NCBI GenBank assembly: GCA_964465915.1
Contig: CAYXMJ010000001.1
Location: 1 to 49,845, forward strand
Source of the DNA: an uncultured Acidimicrobiaceae bacterium
GTDB lineage: Bacteria > Actinomycetota > Acidimicrobiia > Spongiisociales > UBA5794
Direction: 5' to 3'
Length of the DNA stretch: 49,845 nt
Shown here: positions 25,703 to 35,066 of the stretch, piece by piece
How positions within the stretch are numbered: the stretch's first letter is position 1
Layout of the letters: every line of letters begins with the position of its first letter
Made by a program: the position numbers and the translations under genes
The notes under the pieces: model-generated
The model's database searches: none
Told to the model about the DNA's origin: nothing
What the model saw: only the letters and a program-made list of their open reading frames with translations

Positions 25703-26701
25703 TCAGTCGTCGTCCCCGTCATTGTCTCCGGCGGCTTCGTCGATTGCCGCTTCCTCCGCGACAAGCTCGTCGGTGTCCTCAGCTTCTTCGACGCTCTCCA
25801 CAACGGGAGGAGCGTCTGCCGCCAGCACCACCGAGCGGTTGGGGTCTTCCCCTTCGCTGAAGGAGCGCACGCCGTCGATCTCAGCCACGGCGTCGTGAAC
25901 GACCTTACGATCGGCCGGATTCATGGGCTCCAACATGACCTCGCCGCCCTCGGCGAGCAGCTTGTCGGCCAGTTTTGTGGTGTAGATCTTCAGCGCAGCA
26001 CGGCGCCGCTCGGAGTAGCCGGCGATGTCGAGACGCATCCGGGGTGAGCCAAATGTCTTGCGCTGCACAACGGTTCGGGTCAGTTCGAGGACAGACGACA
26101 GGATGACGCCGCGCGGGCCAATGAGCGCCTCGGTCTGGTCGCCGGACATGTCAACCAGGAGTATGTCGTCGTCGATGCGGTACGTGACAGCACCCTCGAG
26201 GCCAAAGGCGGCAAGCAGACCCTCGAGGAACTCAACCGCCACCTGACCCTGTTCGTCGATATCCGGTGCCCGGTCGGATTTGGTGTCGGCCGGCTTTGGG
26301 GGAGAGGGGGCCGTTCCGGCAGCTTGACGACCGCCGTTGTCCCGATCCCGATCTTGTTTCACGTTGCGACCCCCCTTGGAGGACTTCCCACCGCCGCCGC
26401 TCTTGCGCTTTGGCCGCTCTTCTGACGATTTCTCCGTTGACCCGGACGTCTCACGGTCTCCGCTTCCTTTGCGCCCTCCGTTTCCTTTGCGCCGCCGCCT
26501 CCTCCGCCGCTTTGGTTGAGTCGGCTTGGCCCGAGCAATGATAACGGCCGGCTGGGACCCGAGTCCCATGAACCCGCCCTTGGCTTCCTGAACCACGGTG
26601 ATTTCCGCCTGCTCGGCGGATTCCAAACCGAGTTCAGCGATGGCGAGACTGGTCGCTTCCTCGACCGTCTTGGCCTTCACCTCAACTTCAACGAGCTCCA
26701 T
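25703..26701 (-). CDS. jag: Jag/KhpB RNA-binding protein (Jag_N - KH - R3H) with a long Lys/Arg/Gly-rich linker and an acidic tail
   Basis: The start MELVEVEVKAKTVEEATSLAIAELG… is Jag_N-like. The KH/R3H part reads …LDIAGYSERRRAALKIYTTKLADKL…PMNPADRKVHDAVAEIDGVRSFSEGEDPNRSVVL. The ATG at 26701 is 4 nt after the yidC stop. Confidence 0.88.
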   Translation of the reverse strand: MELVEVEVKAKTVEEATSLAIAELGLESAEQAEITVVQEAKGGFMGLGSQPAVIIARAKPTQPKRRRRRRRKGNGGRKGSGDRETSGSTEKSSEERPKRKSGGGGKSSKGGRNVKQDRDRDNGGRQAAGTAPSPPKPADTKSDRAPDIDEQGQVAVEFLEGLLAAFGLEGAVTYRIDDDILLVDMSGDQTEALIGPRGVILSSVLELTRTVVQRKTFGSPRMRLDIAGYSERRRAALKIYTTKLADKLLAEGGEVMLEPMNPADRKVVHDAVAEIDGVRSFSEGEDPNRSVVLAADAPPVVESVEEAEDTDELVAEEAAIDEAAGDNDGDDD

Positions 26702-26705
26702 GCAG

Positions 26706-27584
26706 CTACTTCCTCCTGCGCCGATTGCGCTTCTTGCTGGCGTTGGGGGAAGGACCCTTACTGTCTTTTGGTGGGTCTTCGTCCGGCCCTTTGCCGCCGC
26801 GACCGTCGTCCTTCTCTCCCCCTGACCCTCCGCCCTCATGACTCTCGTCGAGACGGACGATCAGCGCCTGCTGGCCGATCCTGAAGATGTTGGAGGTAGC
26901 AAAGTACAGCACCAGACCGGCCGGAAAGCCCCAGGAGATGAAGCCAAACACCAGCGGCATGATCTTCATCGCCGTCTGCATACTCTGCGCTTGCTGTGTC
27001 TGCTCGGCCTGGCCGTCGCGCCGCCGCGTTGTTTGGTACTGCTGGTAAAAACCGGTAGCAACCACAACAAGGATGAGGATCAGGTAGGGAATGGCATTGA
27101 CCCAGTCGATGGCCACGGCCTCGGACGGGGACAGCGAGAGGTTCATCCCAAGGAAACTGGTATCACCTGCCAACAGCGCCCCGGCGAGGTCGGAATCCGG
27201 GGGAATGACGTTGTCGGGGTCGAGGTTTCCGTCGGCGTCGACGTCCACCCTCAGCACGCGGAACAGGGCAAACCAGATAGGCATCTGGGCCAGTAGCGGA
27301 AGACACCCAGCGGCAGGGTTGACCCCCCGCTCCTGGTAGAGCGCCATCAGTTCTTTGTTGAGCTCTTCCCGATCCCCCTTGAGTTCCTTTTGGAGGCGCT
27401 TGACCTCCGGTTGGATCTCCTGCATCGCCCGCATCGATCGGGTTTGCTTCAGGGTCAACGGGAACAACAGCAAGCTGACCACCAGTGTCAGCAGGATGAT
27501 CGCTATTCCATAATTTGGAATAATCGAGTAGAAGAAGGCGAGAAGGGCACCAAGCCCTTGCTGGAGCAGGGTGAAGGGATTCAA
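26706..27584 (-). CDS. yidC: Membrane protein insertase YidC (short, Gram-positive type)
   Basis: 292 aa. Conserved …[40 protein letters not shown]… and …[16 protein letters not shown]…. Basic C-terminal tail. The TTG start overlaps the yidD stop (TTGA). Confidence 0.92.
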   Translation of the reverse strand: MNPFTLLQQGLGALLAFFYSIIPNYGIAIILLTLVVSLLLFPLTLKQTRSMRAMQEIQPEVKRLQKELKGDREELNKELMALYQERGVNPAAGCLPLLAQMPIWFALFRVLRVDVDADGNLDPDNVIPPDSDLAGALLAGDTSFLGMNLSLSPSEAVAIDWVNAIPYLILILVVVATGFYQQYQTTRRRDGQAEQTQQAQSMQTAMKIMPLVFGFISWGFPAGLVLYFATSNIFRIGQQALIVRLDESHEGGGSGGEKDDGRGGKGPDEDPPKDSKGPSPNASKKRNRRRRK

Positions 27585-27886
27585 GAGTGCGCGTCCTCGA
27601 TGGGGGCAAGGTCAGAGAGCGGGAGTCGATCATCACCGTCGGGCCCCGGCACCGGGTCGTAGCCGCCGTCGTTCCAGGGATGACACCGTCCAATCCGTTT
27701 GGCCGCCATCCAACCGCCCTTGGCCAGGCCATAGGTCTCGATCGCCTCGAAGCCGTACGCCGAGCAACTGGGATCAAAGCGACAGCGCGGACCAGAGAGC
27801 GGCGAAATGAACCGCTGGTAGAACGCGATGAACCGCAGAGCCCACCACGACGGGTGATATGGCCTCAGCGTCTTCTGCTCTGTCAC
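27581..27886 (-). CDS. yidD: Membrane protein insertion efficiency factor YidD
   Basis: [31 protein letters not shown]…RIGRCHPW matches the YidD/DUF37 signature. The GTG start overlaps the rnpA stop (GTGA). Confidence 0.92.
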   Translation of the reverse strand: MTEQKTLRPYHPSWWALRFIAFYQRFISPLSGPRCRFDPSCSAYGFEAIETYGLAKGGWMAAKRIGRCHPWNDGGYDPVPGPDGDDRLPLSDLAPIEDAHS

Positions 27887-28218
27887 GTCTCGTCCTCCAT
27901 TGCCGCCATCGGCTGCGCCCCGGCGCTTCCCACCGCGTCACCAACCCACTCGACGAGTTCGTCGAACGGCGCATCGTTCAGGCCCCGCTGGGCGACCACG
28001 ACGTAGGCCGTATCTTCGCACAGCTTGACGCGTGCCGTGGCTTCCCGTAGCCGCCGCTTGGCGCGATTACGAACCACCGCGTTTCCCACCCGACGGCCGG
28101 CCACAACGGCCACCTGCGGGGGACCGGGAGCGCCAGTGGTTGTGACCATCATCACACGCCCGCGGCGGTAGCGCCTTCCGTTCCGGTAGACCCGGGCGAA
28201 CTCGGAGCGTCCGCGCAG
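27883..28218 (-). CDS. rnpA: RNase P protein component; 5' end uncertain because there is no canonical start upstream of the conserved N-terminus
   Basis: The track ORF (27883-28155, GTG) contains the RNR motif ([14 protein letters not shown]). The same frame stays open upstream and encodes …[31 protein letters not shown]…, the conserved RnpA N-terminal segment. In that stretch only CTG (28218, 28245) or ATC (28254) codons are available in frame. The listed coordinates use the CTG at 28218. Confidence 0.8.
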   Translation of the reverse strand: MRGRSEFARVYRNGRRYRRGRVMMVTTTGAPGPPQVAVVAGRRVGNAVVRNRAKRRLREATARVKLCEDTAYVVVAQRGLNDAPFDELVEWVGDAVGSAGAQPMAAMEDET

Positions 28219-28237
28219 CGAAACGTAAGGCCGACCC

Positions 28238-28372
28238 TTAGGCAGAGAGGCGATGGCGACCCTTGTCGCGGCGGCGCTTGAGAACGGCTCGCCCGCTGCG
28301 CGTGCGCATGCGGGTGCGGAAGCCGTGCTTTCGTTTGCGACGGCGCACGTTTGGCTGATACGTACGTTTCAT
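28238..28372 (-). CDS. rpmH: 50S ribosomal protein L34
   Basis: Hand translation gives [44 protein letters not shown] (44 aa), a textbook L34. It is below the ORF-track length cutoff. Confidence 0.95.
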   Translation of the reverse strand: MKRTYQPNVRRRKRKHGFRTRMRTRSGRAVLKRRRDKGRHRLSA

Positions 28373-28412
28373 GAGAAGACCCCGAGGACGGGAAGTGAGC
28401 GGTAGGGCCGGT

Positions 28413-28441
28413 AGGTTAAGGACGGACCCCCACTATGTCAA
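28413..28441 (-). promoter_or_regulatory. Candidate sigma-70-type promoter of the rpmH-rnpA operon (-35 TTGACA, 17-nt spacer, -10 TAACCT)
   Basis: On the minus strand, TTGACA is at 28441-28436 and TAACCT at 28418-28413. This is about 40 nt upstream of the rpmH ATG. Confidence 0.4.
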
Positions 28442-28450
28442 AGGGTGACG

Positions 28451-28847
28451 CCATCCACACAGCCGGTTGTGATGCCTCACGCGAAAAACAGGACTCGCCC
28501 GCGAAACATTGAATAACGCCGGAATCGCCAATCTGCCCGATCTAGGCCCCTCGTGTTTCACCCTTCTCCCCATGGATTCCCTTGAGCCCCAAGGGAATCT
28601 GACGTTTCGGTCGGTCGCGACTCGTGTGGATAAGGTCGGTTTTGGCGTTCTTGAAGCGGCTTGCCCGGCGGACCTATAGTCGCCATCCGCCGACCCGGTG
28701 GAAATCGGTTCTTCCCCGATTGACCAGCAAACGGGACTCGCTGGCGGGCGAGCCATCCATATCGTTCTCCACATGATGTGGATAGATATGTGGACAGTAC
28801 CCATCCGATCTACCTCTCCGTAGGAGTCGAACAACCGCTGTGGAAGC
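28451..28847. promoter_or_regulatory. DnaA-box cluster in the rpmH-dnaA spacer (dnaA promoter/autoregulation and/or the left part of oriC)
   Basis: 9-mers related to TTATCCACA: CCATCCACA 28451-28459 (+); perfect TTATCCACA 28625-28633 (-); TTCTCCACA 28765-28773 (+); CTATCCACA 28777-28785 (-); CTGTCCACA 28789-28797 (-); GCTTCCACA 28839-28847 (-, over the dnaA GTG). The boxes at 28765 and 28777 are head-to-head, 3 nt apart. Confidence 0.6.
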
Positions 28848-30267
28848 CCACCAATCGATCACCCACTGGGACGAATTCCAACTTCGCCTCCGCGACCAAG
28901 TCCACCCCAATGCCTGGCAGACCTGGCTCGAGCCGCTCGAGCCCGAGATGAGCGACGGCGTTCTCCGGCTCGCCGCCCCTACCGACTTTCACCGGCGCTG
29001 GGTGCGTGACCGCTTTTTTCCCGCCATCGAGGAGAGCTGCATCGCCATATACGGCGACGACGTGACCGTGATTCTCGACGCGCTCGACAGCACCGTGGCC
29101 GCACCCGACGTGGTCGGCCCCGGCCTTGTCGACGCCGACCGGGTTGGATCCGCACCCGGGGAGCAACGCCCGGGTCCGCCAAGCCCAGCCGCAGCCACCG
29201 TGCCGGCACCACCCGCAGCGGCACCGCCTGTCCAGGACTTTGAGTCCCGGCTCATCGCCAAGTACACCTTTGAGAACTTCGTGGTCGGCCAGTCGAATCG
29301 ATTTGCTCACGCCGCGGCCATGGCCGTCGCCGAACAACCCGGCTCCCACTACAACCCCCTCTTCATCTACGGCCAGGCCGGATTGGGCAAGACCCACCTT
29401 CTCCACGCAGTCGGCCATCACCGCCGGGAGCTCGCGGCGTCGGCCGTCGTGCGCTACGTGTCCTCCGAGCAGTTCTTCAACGAGTTCATCAACGGCATTC
29501 GTCGCAAGCGCATGGATGAATTCAAGGCTCGCTATCGCACCATTGATGTGCTCTTGCTCGACGACGTCCAGTTTTTCGAAGGCAAAGAACAGATCCTCGA
29601 GGAGTTCTTCCACACCTTCAACAGCCTCTACGAGGCCGGCAAGCAACTCGTGATCAGCGCCGACCGCCCTCCCAAACACCTCTCCTCACTCGAGGACCGC
29701 CTGCGGAGCCGGTTCGAGTGGGGCTTGATGACCGATATCCAGCCCCCGGACGTTGAGACCCGGCTCGCCATCTTGCGCAAGAACGCCGAGTTCGCCCCGA
29801 GCAGCGTTCCTCGTGATGTACTCGGGTTCATCGCCGAGAACGTCCTCGACAACATCCGCGAGCTCGAGGGTGCGCTCACAAGGGTGACGGCCTATGCCGC
29901 GCTCACCCATGAGCGAATCAGCCTCGAGATGGCTCGTGAGGTACTCCAGGATCTTGTCCCTACGGCGACATCGCGGCCGGTCACCGCCGAGACCATCATC
30001 GATGTCACCGCCTCCACCTATGGCTTTGCCACCGTCGAATTGATCGGTCCGAGCCGCAAGCAGCCTCTTGCCCTCTACCGACAGATCGCCATGTACCTGT
30101 GCCGCGATCTCACCGACCTGTCCCTTCCCAAGATCGGTGCTTCCTTTGGAGGGCGCGATCACACAACCGTGATCCACGCTGTCGACAAGATCAAGAAGCT
30201 CATCCAGAGCGACAAGAAAGTATTCGACGAAGTCACAATGTTGTCCCAACGCCTGAGGAGAAGTTGA
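28840..30267 (+). CDS. dnaA: Chromosomal replication initiator protein DnaA
   Basis: 475 aa. Domain I (…LRLAAPTDFHRRWVRDRF…), a Pro/Ala linker, AAA+ Walker A GQAGLGKTHLLHA, Walker B LLLDDVQF, and sensor motifs. Domain IV carries the DnaA signature (…ASFGGRDHTTVIHAVDKI…). GTG start. Confidence 0.96.
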   Translation: MEAHQSITHWDEFQLRLRDQVHPNAWQTWLEPLEPEMSDGVLRLAAPTDFHRRWVRDRFFPAIEESCIAIYGDDVTVILDALDSTVAAPDVVGPGLVDADRVGSAPGEQRPGPPSPAAATVPAPPAAAPPVQDFESRLIAKYTFENFVVGQSNRFAHAAAMAVAEQPGSHYNPLFIYGQAGLGKTHLLHAVGHHRRELAASAVVRYVSSEQFFNEFINGIRRKRMDEFKARYRTIDVLLLDDVQFFEGKEQILEEFFHTFNSLYEAGKQLVISADRPPKHLSSLEDRLRSRFEWGLMTDIQPPDVETRLAILRKNAEFAPSSVPRDVLGFIAENVLDNIRELEGALTRVTAYAALTHERISLEMAREVLQDLVPTATSRPVTAETIIDVTASTYGFATVELIGPSRKQPLALYRQIAMYLCRDLTDLSLPKIGASFGGRDHTTVIHAVDKIKKLIQSDKKVFDEVTMLSQRLRRS

Positions 30268-30269
30268 TG

Positions 30270-30447
30270 TTCTCCACAGCCAAGTCAAGCCCCTTTGTTG
30301 GGTCCGGTGGACAACCCCAAAACCTTCCTCAGGCACTGTGGAGGGAGAATGGCCAATTGACCTGGCCTTTCCTGAGTTCCCCACAATCCACAGTGCCTAC
30401 TACTACGGCTACTGTTCTGATAGACAAAACAAAGAAGTAGAAGGAAC
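30270..30447. promoter_or_regulatory. Probable oriC core in the dnaA-dnaN spacer: four DnaA boxes, a CTA-trinucleotide run and the most AT-rich stretch of the region
   Basis: Boxes: TTCTCCACA 30270-30278 (+), TTGTCCACC 30306-30314 (-), CCCTCCACA 30337-30345 (-), CAATCCACA 30384-30392 (+). Next come gtgc, then CTA CTA CTA CGG CTA CTG (30397-30414), then ttctgatagacaaaacaaagaagtagaagg (30415-30444). Confidence 0.6.
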
Positions 30448-30453
30448 CCGACT

Positions 30454-31533
30454 GTGCGCATCCGAGCCGAACGAGACGACCTGGCCGATGTCCTTGCCCG
30501 TGCGGGGAGAGCGGTCGGCACCCGATCGCCCCTCCCCATACTGCAAGGCATTCTCTGTGAAGTGGAGGCCGGCCGCCTTCGCGTCACCGGGACCGACACC
30601 GAGATCACCATACGAACAAATCTCGATGTCGAGGTGCTCGAAGAAGGTCGAACGGTGATCCCGGCCAAGCTTGCCGCCGAAGCAGTTCGCAAGCTTCCGG
30701 CGGGAGCGGTTTCCATTTCGGCCGTCGACGGCGAAGTGGAGATCACGGGCAACGGTCCGCGTTTCCGACTTCGTGAATTGGCGGTCGATGACTTTCCACA
30801 GCTTTCCGACAGCCCGGCAGCGGATGGCATGGCGGTTGACGGGACCGCGTTCACGGCGGCTTTGGCGCAGGTCGGGGTTGCGGCCTCGAGCGACGAGGCG
30901 CGACCGACGTTGACCGGGGTGCTCTTCGAAAGCGAGTCCGACACCCTCCGGTTGGTTGCAACCGACTCCTATCGCCTCGCTGTCCGGGACATTCCGGGGG
31001 TGGCCGGTGCCTCGGGCACGCTGGTCCCCTACCGGGCACTGCGAGAACTGGGGAGAACTATTGGCGACGAGAAGATGGACATCTCGCTGGGGGACCGCGA
31101 GGCGTCGTTCTCTTCGAGCCGCGGCCGGCTCACCGTGCGGATCATCGAGGCGACCTTCCCGAACTATCGCCAGTTGTTGCCGGATGAGTATCCCAACCGA
31201 CTTGTCGTCAAGAAGGAAGCGCTGCTCGATGCGGTCGGCCGGGCGAGCCTCGTCGCGGAAGATCACATCCCGGTGCGGCTCAACCTGCATCCCGGCGGTA
31301 TCGAGCTCAGCGTCACCCGGCAAGAGGTCGGCGAAGAGACCGAGCACATCGCGGGCGAGTACACCGGTGAGGAGATGACGATCGCCTTCAACACGCGGTA
31401 TCTCACCGATGGGGTCAACGCGGTCTCGGACGAAGATGTGCTGCTCGAGACCATCGATCCCCTCAAGCCCGGGTTGCTCAGCGGGGTTGATTCGCCAGAC
31501 TTCCGCTACCTCTTGATGCCTGTTCGGTTGTAG
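30454..31533 (+). CDS. dnaN: DNA polymerase III beta sliding clamp
   Basis: 359 aa. N-terminal (V/M)RIRAERDDLADVLARAGRAV…LPILQGIL…, a three-domain length, and C-terminal …YLLMPVRL. GTG start after GAAGGAA. Confidence 0.95.
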   Translation: MRIRAERDDLADVLARAGRAVGTRSPLPILQGILCEVEAGRLRVTGTDTEITIRTNLDVEVLEEGRTVIPAKLAAEAVRKLPAGAVSISAVDGEVEITGNGPRFRLRELAVDDFPQLSDSPAADGMAVDGTAFTAALAQVGVAASSDEARPTLTGVLFESESDTLRLVATDSYRLAVRDIPGVAGASGTLVPYRALRELGRTIGDEKMDISLGDREASFSSSRGRLTVRIIEATFPNYRQLLPDEYPNRLVVKKEALLDAVGRASLVAEDHIPVRLNLHPGGIELSVTRQEVGEETEHIAGEYTGEEMTIAFNTRYLTDGVNAVSDEDVLLETIDPLKPGLLSGVDSPDFRYLLMPVRL

Positions 31534-31538
31534 GAGAC

Positions 31539-32642
31539 GTGCGGCTCGACTGGCTCGAAGTGAGAGAGTTTCGCTCGTACGAACATCTCGAGTTTCGGCC
31601 GGACCCCGGGGTGAACGTCTTGGTCGGGCACAACGGGGCCGGCAAGACGAACGTGCTCGAGGCGATTGCCTATCTCTCGGCATTGCGTTCCTTCCGACGG
31701 GCCCCCGACGGTGCCATGATCCGCAGTGATCGGTCCGAGGCGATCATCCGTGGCAGTTTCCTGCGGGCAACCGGCGAGGTCAGGGTGGAGGTTGAGATCC
31801 CGGCAGGTGGACGTCGCCGGGTATTGCTGAACGGCAAGCGGCCGAAGCGCCACGCCGACGTCCTGGCGGAGGTTCCGGTCGTGGCATTCCTGCCCGATGA
31901 TCTCGATCTCGTCAAACGTGGTCCGGCGTTGCGACGGGAGTACGTCGATGACCTCGGTGCGCACCTGGCACCGACGGTTGGGGCGGATCAGGCGGACTAC
32001 GAGAAGGTCCTGCGGCAGCGCAACTCATTGCTCCGCCGTGAGGGAAGGATGGCCGATCTCCTCACGCTCGAGGTCTGGGACGAGCGGTTGGCCGAGGCGG
32101 GAAGCCGTTTGCTGGCGAACCGGCTCATCCTGCTGGATCGGCTCACGCCCGTGTTGCGCGATGCGTATCAGACCGTCGGCGGACCCGAAGGGCAACTCGG
32201 GGTCTCCTATGAGTCGGCATGGGCCGGCGCGATCAAGGCCGATGCCCCACGCGATGACCAGCCGTACATGCCGTTGCTGCGGGCGGCCCTCGCGGCGCGC
32301 CGTGAACGCGATCTCGATCAGCGGACAACGACGGTGGGGCCCCATCGGGACGAGCCGGTGCTGCGCCTCGACGGGCGCGATCTGCGCACTCAGGCAAGCC
32401 AGGGCGAGCAGCGCTCTGCAGCGTTGAGCCTGCGTCTTGCCGCCTATCGCCTGCTGGAGGACCGCCACGGGCGCCCACCGATTCTCGTTCTTGATGATGT
32501 CTTCTCCGAACTCGACCATGCCAGGGTCGCCGGCGTGCTCGAACTTCTGCCCCGTGGCCAAGTCTTTGTCACAACGGCGCGCGATGATGAAGTCCCGGTG
32601 GAGGGAAGGCGTTGGTCGGTAGGCGAGGGGAGTGTGGAGTGA
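31539..32642 (+). CDS. recF: DNA replication/repair protein RecF
   Basis: Walker A VGHNGAGKTNVLEAI, signature SQGEQRSAALSLRLA, Walker B ILVLDDVFSELD. 367 aa. Confidence 0.94.
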   Translation: MRLDWLEVREFRSYEHLEFRPDPGVNVLVGHNGAGKTNVLEAIAYLSALRSFRRAPDGAMIRSDRSEAIIRGSFLRATGEVRVEVEIPAGGRRRVLLNGKRPKRHADVLAEVPVVAFLPDDLDLVKRGPALRREYVDDLGAHLAPTVGADQADYEKVLRQRNSLLRREGRMADLLTLEVWDERLAEAGSRLLANRLILLDRLTPVLRDAYQTVGGPEGQLGVSYESAWAGAIKADAPRDDQPYMPLLRAALAARRERDLDQRTTTVGPHRDEPVLRLDGRDLRTQASQGEQRSAALSLRLAAYRLLEDRHGRPPILVLDDVFSELDHARVAGVLELLPRGQVFVTTARDDEVPVEGRRWSVGEGSVE

Positions 32643-32644
32643 CC

Positions 32645-35024
<2,380 letters not shown>

Positions 35025-35066
35025 TCGGGTCGCACCACCGCCAATGAGATCGTAGAGAGAGATTCC

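Noticed and set aside
28433-28834. 133-aa minus-strand ORF inside the rpmH-dnaA spacer
   Set aside because: It lies in the DnaA-box-rich non-coding origin region, lacks third-position GC bias and has no recognisable motif.
28810-31683. Minus-strand ORFs of 289 aa (28810-29679), 232 aa (29686-30384) and 424 aa (30409-31683) opposite dnaA and dnaN
   Set aside because: They are antisense shadows of dnaA and dnaN. They cross the DnaA-box spacer and have no protein-like motifs.
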